Part shown: in pieces, positions 36,933-45,889 of the stretch | How the letters are laid out: the number at the start of each line of letters is the position of its first letter | How positions within the stretch are numbered: the stretch's first letter is position 1 | Assembly: GCA_041611735.1 (NCBI GenBank) | Contig: JBFIML010000025.1 | Location: 1 to 62,909, forward strand | Direction of reading: 5' to 3' | DNA from: Myxococcota bacterium | GTDB taxonomy: Bacteria > Myxococcota_A > UBA9160 > PR03 | DNA length: 62,909 nt | Position numbers and translations under genes: made by a program | The notes under the pieces: generated by a model | The model's input: only the letters and a program-made list of their open reading frames with translations | The model's database searches: none | What the model was told of the DNA's origin: nothing

Positions 36933-37864
36933 GGCCGCTCCTGCCCGGCCGCCTCGGCCGCGGCCGCTTCCCGCTCGGGGACCGCCAGGATGGCGTGGTG
37001 GGGACACACGGCCACGCAGACCAGGCAGCCCTTGCAGTGCTCGTAGTCGATGCGGGGCGCCCCGCTGGCGTCGGCCGAGATCGCCCCGTCGGGACAGAAG
37101 GTGCCGCAGATCCAGGAGCAGCCATGGCAGCGCTCGCCGTCGATCACCGGACGCATGGTGCGCCACAGGCCGGTACGCACCTGCACGCTGGTGGCGGCCG
37201 CGTACACGTCTGGCGCCGAGACATCCGCCGGCTCGAAGGGGAGATCGACCCACGCGGGCGCCTGGTGGGCGCCGGCCACGACCTCGTCGCCCTCGGCCAC
37301 GCAGCCCTCGTGGGGCTCGAGGGCCTGCCAGGCGGCCCTGCCGCGTTCCAGGTTGCGGGCCACCAGCTCGGCGCCGAGCCCGGCCAGCTCCTGGCGGATC
37401 GCCTGGTCGAGGGAAGCCCGCTGCAGGGCGCCCACCAGGCGCGCCGCGCCGGCGGCGCAGGTGGCGCCGAGGAATCGCAGCTCCGCCGGCTCGTCGGGCT
37501 CCGGGGCGAGCGTCAGCACCGGACCCGGCACGCGGAGGCGCCGCTTCCACACCTGCGACGGCTCGCTGCTGTGCAGGAGCAGCACCGTGTGGGCGTCCAC
37601 GCCCTCCAGCACCCCGGCGGCGGCCACCGTCACCAGGCTCTCGTCGCCCACCACCACGAGATCCGGACGTCGGATCACACCCCGCTCGTGGATCGGCGCG
37701 TGCCCGGCCCGCACATAGGCGAAGATCGGGGCGCCGCGGCGCTCCGCCCCGTAGCGGGGCGCGTCCTGCACCTCGAAGCCCTCCAGGAAGAAGGCGCTGC
37801 CGAGCACCCGGCTGGCCGTCTTGATGCCCTGCCCGCCGCGCCCGTGGAGTCGGATCCGGTACAT
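36929..37864 (-). CDS. porC: 2-oxoacid:ferredoxin oxidoreductase gamma subunit fused to delta (2x[4Fe-4S])
   Basis: HGRGGQG and YGAERRGAP; C-terminal TGLWRTMRP, CHGC..C...CP and CKGCLVCVAVCP. Confidence 0.92.
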   Translation of the reverse strand: MYRIRLHGRGGQGIKTASRVLGSAFFLEGFEVQDAPRYGAERRGAPIFAYVRAGHAPIHERGVIRRPDLVVVGDESLVTVAAAGVLEGVDAHTVLLLHSSEPSQVWKRRLRVPGPVLTLAPEPDEPAELRFLGATCAAGAARLVGALQRASLDQAIRQELAGLGAELVARNLERGRAAWQALEPHEGCVAEGDEVVAGAHQAPAWVDLPFEPADVSAPDVYAAATSVQVRTGLWRTMRPVIDGERCHGCSWICGTFCPDGAISADASGAPRIDYEHCKGCLVCVAVCPHHAILAVPEREAAAAEAAGQERP

Positions 37865-37880
37865 GCCACGGTCTCCGTGA

Positions 37881-37905
37881 CTAGTGTCCTGGGACAGGAC
37901 ACTAG
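37881..37905. repeat. Perfect 11-bp inverted repeat bounded by CTAG (possible collapsed IS630-like ends or hairpin)
   Basis: CTAGTGTCCTG-GGA-CAGGACACTAG. Confidence 0.7.
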
Positions 37906-39014
37906 AAGATCGACCAGCGCCGCCAGCCCATGGCGCGCCGCACGCGGCGTCGGCTCAGGGCCTCGGCCGCCTGCCGGGGCGGGACCCCGTCGCGCTTCGC
38001 CTCCGCCAGCACCTCCTCCGTGTTGGCGCGGATCCTCTCCTCGATGGCCTGAAAGGCGGCGGCCTGGGTCGCGCCCGCGTACTCCAGGGCGGCGCAGATG
38101 ACCCCGCCAGCGTTGGCGATGAAGTCGGGCAGGCATAGGACGCCGCGGTCGTGCAGCGCCTGCTCGGCTCCTTGCGTCAGCGGAATGTTGGCGCCCGGCG
38201 CCACGAGCTTGGTGCGCAGCCGCTTCACGTTGTCCTCGTGGATCACGTCGGGACGCGCCGCGGGGATCCAGATCTCGCACTCGACGTCGATGACCGCTTC
38301 GCGATCCAGGCGCTTGCCACCCGGGAACTCGGCCACGCTGCTACCGGCTCGTTTGCGCTCGACCAGCGCGTCCACATCGAGGCCGTTCGCGTCGTGAATG
38401 CTGCCTTGCGAGTCGGCGGCGGCGACCAGCACGGCCCCCTTCGCGGCCAGGAAGCGGGCCGCGTGCGAGCCGACCGCCCCGAAGCCCTGGATCACCACGC
38501 GGGCTCCCTCGAGATCGAGGTCGCAGTGGCGCAGGGCGACTTGCGTGGCGTGGAAGAGCCCCCAGCCGGTGGCGCCGATCTCGTCGAGCGGGATGCCTCC
38601 CAGCTCGCGGGGCAGGCCGACCGCGCGTCCGATCTCCGCCTTGACCCAAGCCATGCAGGTTTCGTCGGTGCCCATGTCCGGGCCGAAGATGTAGTCCCGG
38701 ACGTCTGCGAGCGCGCAGGCCATGGCGCGGATCAGGCGCTCCTTGTCCTGGACGGACATCCGGGGGTCCCCGTACAGGACCGATTTGCCTCCGCCGTGCG
38801 GGAGGCCGGCCGCCGCGTTCTTCAACGTCATGGCGCGGGCCAGGCGGAAGCACTCCTCGGTGCTCACGTCGGGCGCCATCCGCAACCCTCCGATGGAGGG
38901 TCCCGCCGCCACGTTGTCCACCACCAGCGTCCCGCGCAGCCCGACCGAAGGCTCGTGCACGTGGATCACGCGCGCGGGTCCGAGGTCGTCCGCCAGCTCG
39001 AAGACCGGGTCCAT
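37902..39014 (-). CDS. Glu/Leu/Phe/Val dehydrogenase
   Basis: GGLRM, LARAMTLKNA, HGGGKSV, GPDMGT, ATGWG, QGFGAVG and PDFIANAGGV motifs. Confidence 0.93.
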   Translation of the reverse strand: MDPVFELADDLGPARVIHVHEPSVGLRGTLVVDNVAAGPSIGGLRMAPDVSTEECFRLARAMTLKNAAAGLPHGGGKSVLYGDPRMSVQDKERLIRAMACALADVRDYIFGPDMGTDETCMAWVKAEIGRAVGLPRELGGIPLDEIGATGWGLFHATQVALRHCDLDLEGARVVIQGFGAVGSHAARFLAAKGAVLVAAADSQGSIHDANGLDVDALVERKRAGSSVAEFPGGKRLDREAVIDVECEIWIPAARPDVIHEDNVKRLRTKLVAPGANIPLTQGAEQALHDRGVLCLPDFIANAGGVICAALEYAGATQAAAFQAIEERIRANTEEVLAEAKRDGVPPRQAAEALSRRRVRRAMGWRRWSIF

Positions 39015-39125
39015 GGAGAAGGACCTCCTGACCGACGCCGGGAGCATATCGGATCGAGACAGATCGCTTCGAGTGCACAACGCCCGGTCCTCGAATCCTG
39101 CTTCGACTGCGCGAGGATGGACCCC

Positions 39126-39385
39126 ATGAGGCGGAGGGCGTTCCGCGTGGTGCTCCTGGCCGCGGCACTCCTGGCCAGCGCCGGCTGCGCAACGCCCGTC
39201 GGGATGCGCCGGGACGACGAGCAGACGGTGCATCGCATGCTCACCGCGAGCGTGCTATCCGCCGGCGAGCCCAGTTCCCCGTCCCGTCAGGTGATGCTTC
39301 GACTGACCTCCTGGAGCGCTTCCGGGCCGACCCGCAAAGGGAGACGATCCAGGAGGTGCGTCGCATCCTGCTCGAACACGCCCAG
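39126..39385 (+). pseudogene. Frameshifted, internally deleted remnant of a lipoprotein alpha/beta hydrolase
   Basis: Lipoprotein signal (ASAGC-ATPVG...LTASVLSAGEPS), frameshift near 39304, then DLLERFRADPQ-RETIQEVRRILLEHA. Confidence 0.5.
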
Positions 39386-39440
39386 GGCTCGACCGGGATC
39401 CGGGCCTGTGATAGGCCTCTCGAGGGCGTCGAGGGGGCGT

Positions 39441-39923
39441 ATGATCCGCGGTTCGCTGCTGTCGTTGGCATGCCTGTGGGCCGGGGCTGCGTTCGGGCAG
39501 GCCGCCGCGCAGCTGGTCGAGAAGCCCTCCCGCATCATCCTGCGAAGCGTCCAGTTCGCCTTCGATTCGGCCACGGTGGACGCCGGATCCCTTGCCACGC
39601 TCGATTTCACGGCGAAGTGGATGGCACAACACCCCGAGGCGCGATTGCGCATCGAGGGCCACAGCTCCGCGCCGGGCGGCGAGGCGTACAACCTGGAGTT
39701 GTCTCGGCAACGCGCGCTCGGCGTGCAGCGCGTTCTGGTCGACTATCGGGTGTCGCCGGATCGACTCGAGGCGGTGGGACGCGGCGAGTCGGAGCCGATC
39801 GCTTCGAACGACACCCCGGAGGGACGTGCCCTCAACCGGCGGGTCGAGTTCGTGGTGATCCAGGGCGGGGAGGCCTTTCGGAGCCGAGAGGACAGCCCGG
39901 CGTCGCGAGCCTCGCCCCGCTGA
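39441..39923 (+). CDS. OmpA-like peptidoglycan-binding domain protein
   Basis: Signal-like N-terminus; VQFAFDS, IEGH, YN..LS..RA, G.GE..PIASN and NRRVEF motifs. Confidence 0.85.
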   Translation: MIRGSLLSLACLWAGAAFGQAAAQLVEKPSRIILRSVQFAFDSATVDAGSLATLDFTAKWMAQHPEARLRIEGHSSAPGGEAYNLELSRQRALGVQRVLVDYRVSPDRLEAVGRGESEPIASNDTPEGRALNRRVEFVVIQGGEAFRSREDSPASRASPR

Positions 39924-39973
39924 TCGCCGCGCAGCCTCGGAGACGACGGACCGCTCCGATAGGATCAGCGCTC

Positions 39974-40657
39974 ATGACGCTCATGAAGCGGGGCCTGTGG
40001 ATCGACGAGCGTCGCGTGGCGCGTTGCGCCTGGTGTCGCCCGGATCCGCTGTATCGCGACTACCACGACCGGGAGTGGGGCTTCCCGGTCCGCGGCGACC
40101 GGCGCCTGTTCGAGAAGATCTGCCTGGAGGGCTTCCAGGCCGGGCTCTCCTGGCTCACGATCCTGCGCAAGCGCGCGGCCTTCCGGCGCGCCTTCGACCG
40201 GTTCGCCATGGAGCGGGTGGCGCGCTTCGACGCGCGCCAGGTGAGGCGCCTGTTGCGCGACCCCGGCATCGTGCGCCACCGGGGCAAGATCGAGTCGGCC
40301 GTGAACAACGCCCGGCGGGCGCTCGAGGTCGTCGAGGAGTTCGGCTCCCTGGCCGCCTACGTGTGGCGCTTCGAGCCGCCGGCGGCGGCCCGCCCGCGCC
40401 GCGTGACCCCCGCGGCGCTGGCCAGGCTCGCCGAGAGCGGCGAGTCCCGCGCCCTGAGCCGCGATCTCAAACGCCGCGGCTGGAGCTTCGTGGGACCTAC
40501 GACCCTGTACGCCTTCATGCAGTCGGTCGGGATCGTGAACGACCACCTGGAGGGCTGCGCCACCCGCCCGCGCGCCGACGCGGCCCGCGAGCGCTTCGCA
40601 TGCCCGGCGCCTCCCCGGCAACACTCGGCCACCGCCCGAGGGTCGGATGGGGTATGA
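39974..40657 (+). CDS. tag: DNA-3-methyladenine glycosylase I
   Basis: RCAW, YHDREWG, LEGFQAGLSWLTILRKR, FVGPTT.YAFMQ and NDHL..C motifs. Confidence 0.95.
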   Translation: MTLMKRGLWIDERRVARCAWCRPDPLYRDYHDREWGFPVRGDRRLFEKICLEGFQAGLSWLTILRKRAAFRRAFDRFAMERVARFDARQVRRLLRDPGIVRHRGKIESAVNNARRALEVVEEFGSLAAYVWRFEPPAAARPRRVTPAALARLAESGESRALSRDLKRRGWSFVGPTTLYAFMQSVGIVNDHLEGCATRPRADAARERFACPAPPRQHSATARGSDGV

Positions 40658-42020
40658 CCGGTCGCCCACGGCTCCCGGCGACGTCGAGCCGCTTCCGCTG
40701 TCCGTGAAGCTCGGCTACGCCCTCGGCGACCACACCGTCAACGTCTCGCTGGCCGCTCAATCCCTCTTCCTGCTCTTCTTCCTGACCGAGGTGGCGGGGC
40801 TGCGGCCGGCGCTGGCGTCGATCGTGGTGCTCGCGGGCCGCTTTGTGGACGGCTTCACGGATCCGGCGATGGGACGTGTGTCGGACGTGACGCGCTGGCG
40901 CGCCGGCCGGCGGCGACCCTACTTCCTGATCGGCGCCCTGCCCTTCGGCGCGAGCTTCGCGTGGCTGTGGAGCGAGACGCCCGACGGGCTCTCGCAGGGC
41001 GCGCTGCTCGCGGCCTACGCGACGGCGTATGCGATCCACACGCTCTCCTCGACGGTGGTGCAGGTGCCGTACATGGCGCTGATCCCGGAGATGGCGCTCG
41101 GCTACCACGATCGCACCGTGATGAACCTGTTTCGCGGCGGCGGCGCAGTGCTCGGCGTGCTGCTCGCGGCGGTGGCGATGCCGATGCTGGTGGAGTCGTT
41201 CGGGGGTGGCGCGGCCGGCTACGCCAGCGCCGGCCTGGTGCTGGGCGTCTGGCTCTCGCTTCCCTGGCTGTGCGTGCACCGCGTCTCGTGGGAGCGGCCC
41301 GGCTTCGCCCGGCCCGCGCAGATGGGCTTCGTGGAGGGGGCGAAGCGGCTGGCCGCGCACGTCAACTACCGACGCCTGGTTGGCTTCTTCCTGGCCGGAC
41401 GCGTCGCGCTGGACATTGCGAGCGCGATGTTCATCTTCTACTTCACGTACTGGCTGGGGCGTCCCGAGGACTACCCCACCATGCTCGCGCTGCTGCTCGG
41501 CGCGGTGGTGCTCTCGCTGCCGCTCTGGATGCGCGTCGCGCGCCACGTGGACAAGCACGTGCTCTTCGTCGTCGGAGCGGTGTGGTGGATCGGCGTCCAG
41601 GCGGTGCTGTGGTTGGCCGGGCCCGAGTGGCCGCGCTGGGCGGTCTTCGCGATCGGCATCAGCGCGGGCATCGGCTACGGCATCACGGACCTGATGCCCT
41701 GGGCGATGCTCGGCGACGTGATCGACGAGGACGAGCTCGCCACCGGCGAGCGTCGCGAAGGAATCTACGCGGGCTTCTTCACCTTCACGCGCAAGCTCGG
41801 CGGCGCCACCGGCGTGGCGCTGGCGGGCTTCGTCCTCGAGGCGGCGGGCTTCGTGAAGGGGGTCGAGCCGGGCGAGGCGGTGCGCCTCGCGATCCGCGTG
41901 CTCACCACGGCGGTGCCGGCGGCGTTCTTGGCCATCGCGATCGCGCTGGCGGTCGGCTACCCGCTCGGGCGCGCACGGCACCGGGAGATCGTGGCCCAGC
42001 TGGCGGCCCGGCCGGGCTAG
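40647..42020 (+). CDS. GPH-family (MelB-like) MFS symporter
   Basis: KLGYALGD, DGFTDP.MG..SD, GRRRPY, VPY.AL.PE, AMLGDVIDEDE...G.RREG motifs. Confidence 0.92.
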   Translation: MGYDRSPTAPGDVEPLPLSVKLGYALGDHTVNVSLAAQSLFLLFFLTEVAGLRPALASIVVLAGRFVDGFTDPAMGRVSDVTRWRAGRRRPYFLIGALPFGASFAWLWSETPDGLSQGALLAAYATAYAIHTLSSTVVQVPYMALIPEMALGYHDRTVMNLFRGGGAVLGVLLAAVAMPMLVESFGGGAAGYASAGLVLGVWLSLPWLCVHRVSWERPGFARPAQMGFVEGAKRLAAHVNYRRLVGFFLAGRVALDIASAMFIFYFTYWLGRPEDYPTMLALLLGAVVLSLPLWMRVARHVDKHVLFVVGAVWWIGVQAVLWLAGPEWPRWAVFAIGISAGIGYGITDLMPWAMLGDVIDEDELATGERREGIYAGFFTFTRKLGGATGVALAGFVLEAAGFVKGVEPGEAVRLAIRVLTTAVPAAFLAIAIALAVGYPLGRARHREIVAQLAARPG

Positions 42021-42832
42021 GGCGGGACCTCGCCGCGGAAGAGCCGGACCATCAACCGCTCGGCGAAGCCGGGCGCCAGGCGGAACAGGCTGTGGGTCGC
42101 ACGGCCGACGGGCGAGAGCACGACGAGCCGCCGGCCGCGCTCGGCGGCGCGGAAGACCGCTTCGGCCACCGACTCCGGCGTGGCCTGGCGGCCTACCCGC
42201 GACTGCGGATGCGTGGCGGGCTGGCCCTGCCCGCCGAGAGCGTTGCGCTCGATGCCGGTGGCCGTGAAGCCCGGACAGACCAGGAGCACGCCGACGCCCC
42301 GCCCGGCCAGCTCGCAGCGGAGCGTATCGAAGAGGCCGTGTAGCGCGTGCTTGCTGGCGCAGTAGCCGCTGCGGCCCGGCAGCGGCGCGAGACCCGCCAC
42401 GCTGGAGATCACCACCAACAGACCGCGCCGCGCCAGCAGCGACGGCAACGCGAGGCGCGTGCAGTGCAGGGCCCCGAAGAAGTTCACCTCCAGCACGCGG
42501 CGGTGGACCGCCACGTCCGTGTCGAGAAACGGGCTGCGGTGGGTGATGCCGGCGTTGTTCACCAGCACGTCCACGCCGCCGAAGCGCTGGGCCACGGTCT
42601 CGAAGGCGGCCCGGCACTGCTCCGGGTCGGCCACGTCGCAGGCCTGGGCCAGCGCCTCGCCACCCTGCGCCACGAGGATGCGGGCCAGGGCGTCCGCCGC
42701 GGCCGCGTCGCGGTCGAGCAGGGCGAGACGCGCTCCCGAGGCTGCGAAACGTCGGGCCACGGCGGAACCGATGCCCGCCCCGGCGCCCGTCACCACGACG
42801 CTGCGGCCCCGGAAATCACGTCGCGACGGCAC
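42017..42832 (-). CDS. SDR family oxidoreductase
   Basis: TGAGAGIG, NNAG and YCASK motifs. Confidence 0.92.
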   Translation of the reverse strand: MPSRRDFRGRSVVVTGAGAGIGSAVARRFAASGARLALLDRDAAAADALARILVAQGGEALAQACDVADPEQCRAAFETVAQRFGGVDVLVNNAGITHRSPFLDTDVAVHRRVLEVNFFGALHCTRLALPSLLARRGLLVVISSVAGLAPLPGRSGYCASKHALHGLFDTLRCELAGRGVGVLLVCPGFTATGIERNALGGQGQPATHPQSRVGRQATPESVAEAVFRAAERGRRLVVLSPVGRATHSLFRLAPGFAERLMVRLFRGEVPP

Positions 42833-43835
42833 GGCGCAGCCCCTTCGCCTCCAGGTAGCGCAGGAACACGGCCCGGCTGTCGAGGCGGGGCGCGTAGCCA
42901 AACTCGCGTTTCAGCTTCTCGTTGGAGAGCACGGGTCGATAGCGCAGGAAGGGCACCTGCTCGGGGCCGTAGCGGGAGAGCCCGAGGCGCCGCGCCAGCC
43001 ACAGCGCCGCCCGCAGGGCGTCGGCGGGGAGCGCGAGGCGGGGCTTGCCCAGGAGCCGCGCGATCTCGCGGACCGAGAGGGTCCCTTCCCCGGATACGTT
43101 GAAGATCCCGGTCAAGTCCTCCCGGATGCCGCGCAGGAGGCAGGCCACCACGTCATCGTCCGAGACGAAGCAGAATCCACTGCGGGCGCCCACCACGTCC
43201 AGCACCACCCGCTGCTCGAAGAGCGCGGTGATCGGGTTCGCGGCGCGCGCACCGAGCACCGCACAGAGCCGCAGGACGAGCTGCTGCAGCTTCGGGTGCT
43301 CCTCGCGCCAGCGCGCCAGCATCTCCTCCACCAGCCGCTTGTGGTAGGCGTAGGCGAAGGCCTGGTTGCCGCGCAGGGGATCGGACTCGCGCAGCGGCAC
43401 CGGGTTGTCCGCGTGATAGCCATAGGCCGCGCCGCTGCTCGTCACGATCAGCTTGCGGACCCGGGCTGCGCGGCACGCTTCGAGCACGTTGCGTGTACCG
43501 AGCACGTCCACGGCGTACTCGAGTTCGCGGTCTAGGCCCATCTCGTTCACCACGAAGGCGAGGTGCACGACGGTATCCACCCGGTGCCGCTCGAGAAGGG
43601 CGGCCAGGGCCGGCGAGCGCACGTCCTCGGTCACGTGGTGGACGCCGTCCAGGCGCTCCGCATCGGCCACGGGGCGCACGTCGAGGCCAAGCAGCGTCTC
43701 GACCCCGCCGGGCTCGGCGGCCAGCCGCTCCAGGCACAGCCGGCCCAGGTAGCCGGCGGCGCCCGTCACCAGGACGGAGGAGCTGGAAGGGGACTCGGCC
43801 AGGGGACCCTCCTCGGCAGCGTGGCGCTCCGCCAC
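42816..43835 (-). CDS. NAD-dependent epimerase/dehydratase (extended SDR)
   Basis: VTGAAGYLG, VVHLA, TSSGAAYG and YAYHK motifs; start uncertain (GTG 43835, or CTG 43802 after GAGGAGG). Confidence 0.88.
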   Translation of the reverse strand: MAERHAAEEGPLAESPSSSSVLVTGAAGYLGRLCLERLAAEPGGVETLLGLDVRPVADAERLDGVHHVTEDVRSPALAALLERHRVDTVVHLAFVVNEMGLDRELEYAVDVLGTRNVLEACRAARVRKLIVTSSGAAYGYHADNPVPLRESDPLRGNQAFAYAYHKRLVEEMLARWREEHPKLQQLVLRLCAVLGARAANPITALFEQRVVLDVVGARSGFCFVSDDDVVACLLRGIREDLTGIFNVSGEGTLSVREIARLLGKPRLALPADALRAALWLARRLGLSRYGPEQVPFLRYRPVLSNEKLKREFGYAPRLDSRAVFLRYLEAKGLRRAVAT

Positions 43836-43982
43836 AATCGGCGCGCCGCCTGTGACCCCGTGTCGCCGCCGGCGCCCACCCCGGACGCCCCGGCGCCGCG
43901 CCGGCCTCCGCGGGCGCACTCCCACGGGCACGGGCCGTGCTAGGCATCTGCAAGACGGAGACCAGCCTGGAAGGAGAGCGCC

Positions 43983-45710
43983 ATGGCCCCCATCACCGGT
44001 GGCGAGCTGCTGCTGCGCGCCCTGCACGCCGAGGGCGTGCGCCGGATCTATGCGATCCCGGACGGGACCTACAACGTCATGCTCGAGGCGCTCAAGCGCC
44101 TGCGCGGCGAGCTCGGCTGCGAGCTCGTCGTACCCCGGCACGAGGGAGCGGCGGCCCACATGGCCGATGGCGAGACCCGCGTCAGCGGCGAGCCGGCGGT
44201 GGTGATGGCCTGCGCCGGACCGGGAGCGGCCAACCTGATCTCCGGGGTGATCACCGCCCAGGCCGAGGGCAGCCCGGTGGTCGCGATCACCACCACGCGC
44301 CGCTCGGACATCGCCTACCCGCACTCCGGTGCCATGCAGGTGGCGGACCAGCTCGCCTACTTCCGACCCGTGGTCAAGTGGAACGCTGCCGTGCGCGACT
44401 GGCACCGGCTCCCGGATCTGGTGGCCCAGGCCTTTCGGGTGGCGCGCTCCGGGCGTCCGGGGCCCGTGCATCTCGACGTGCCCGAGAACCTGCTGGCCCA
44501 GAAGGGCGACGCCGAGCAGGCCCCGATCCGGATTCGTAGCAGCGAGCGGGCGCGGACGGCGTCGGTGCCGGCCCCGGCGCTGCTGGCCGAGGCGGCCGAG
44601 TGGCTGGCCGGCGCCGAGCTGCCGAACCTCCACCTGGGCAGCGGGGCGCTGCGGGCAGGCGCAGCGATGGAGGCGCGGGCCCTGGCCGAGTACCTGGGCG
44701 CCCCGGTGACCAGCGCCGTGGGGGGCCGCGGCGTCGTGCCCGAGGACCATGCCCTGGCGGTTCACCCGCTCTGCCCGGCCTCCGCCCTGGTCCACCGCAC
44801 TGCCGACGTGGTGCTGGCCGTGGGCACGCGTTTCGGCGAGCTCGACTTCTGGGGACGGGCGCCCATGTGGAGCGAGCCGCCGGCCCAACGCCTGGTCCAG
44901 GTGGACGTGGTGGCGGACCACATCGGCACGAACCGGCCCGCCGACCTGGCCCTGGTCGGGGACGCCCGGGAGACCCTGGCGGGTCTGCTCGAGGCCTTGA
45001 AGCAGCACACCCGGGCGCGCCCGCCCCATGCGCGCCTGCAGGAGTTCCGCCGCATCCAGGAGGACTGGAGCCGCGCCCTGGAGGCCGCCATCGCCGACGA
45101 GCACCGCAAGCCGCTGCTCACCGGGAGCCTGTTCCGGATCCTCGACGAATGCCTCCCGCGCGACGCCATCCTGGCCATGGACGGCGGCAACACCTGCATG
45201 TGGGGCGTGCACTACCACCGGGTGCGGGAGCCGCGCACGCTGCTGTGGACCGCGAACTTCGGCCACCTGGGGACCGGTCTGCCCTACGCCATCGGCGCCC
45301 GACTGGCCGCACCGGAGCGCAGCGTCTGCTGCGTGACCGGCGACGGCGCCTTCGGCTTCCACGTGCAGGAGCTGGAGACCGCCGTCCGCCACGCGCTCCC
45401 GATCCTGGTGGTGGTGGCGGTGGACGGAGCCTGGGGGATGGAGAAGACCTCCCAGGATCGCATCTTCGGTCGCAAGGGCGATTGGATCGGCTGCGACCAC
45501 GCGCCCGTACGCTACGACCGTCTGGCCGAGGCCATGGGCTGCCACGGCGAGTACGTGGAGACGGCAGCTGCGTTCCGGCAGGCCCTGCCGCGGGCCCTGG
45601 CGTCCGGGAGACCGGCGGTGATCCACGCGGTCGTGGACGCCGAGGCGAACGTGAGCCCGCCCGGCATGGAGCTGTGGGTCGCCTCCCACTCGGCGCACCC
45701 GGTGCACTAG
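43983..45710 (+). CDS. Thiamine pyrophosphate-dependent enzyme (acetolactate synthase-like)
   Basis: TGGELL, RHE.AAAHMADG, GPGAAN, GRPGPVHLDVP and TGDGAFG motifs. Confidence 0.92.
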   Translation: MAPITGGELLLRALHAEGVRRIYAIPDGTYNVMLEALKRLRGELGCELVVPRHEGAAAHMADGETRVSGEPAVVMACAGPGAANLISGVITAQAEGSPVVAITTTRRSDIAYPHSGAMQVADQLAYFRPVVKWNAAVRDWHRLPDLVAQAFRVARSGRPGPVHLDVPENLLAQKGDAEQAPIRIRSSERARTASVPAPALLAEAAEWLAGAELPNLHLGSGALRAGAAMEARALAEYLGAPVTSAVGGRGVVPEDHALAVHPLCPASALVHRTADVVLAVGTRFGELDFWGRAPMWSEPPAQRLVQVDVVADHIGTNRPADLALVGDARETLAGLLEALKQHTRARPPHARLQEFRRIQEDWSRALEAAIADEHRKPLLTGSLFRILDECLPRDAILAMDGGNTCMWGVHYHRVREPRTLLWTANFGHLGTGLPYAIGARLAAPERSVCCVTGDGAFGFHVQELETAVRHALPILVVVAVDGAWGMEKTSQDRIFGRKGDWIGCDHAPVRYDRLAEAMGCHGEYVETAAAFRQALPRALASGRPAVIHAVVDAEANVSPPGMELWVASHSAHPVH

Positions 45711-45889
45711 GCGCATTGGAGATGGAACCAAGTCTCGGCCCGGCGACCCCCTACGGCTCGAGGGCGTGGTAGACTCCGGGCAGGCCCTCCGGGCGTCGTC
45801 CGGCAATTTTCCGTTGCTAGAGCCCTTGCGACAGCACCCGCGAAAGCGACCCGGGGCGCGCGGACCGGGCCCACGGAGAACCCCCCCAG

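Noticed and set aside
38151..39923. Single lipoprotein-OmpA fusion ORF
   Set aside because: The linker is low-complexity read-through after a frameshift, and the OmpA-like gene has its own ATG and signal-like N-terminus at 39441.
45711..45889. c-di-GMP riboswitch upstream of the signalling operon (GCGAAAGC tetraloop)
   Set aside because: It lacks the GGCAAAC...GACGCAAAGC framework. One GNRA loop is not enough.
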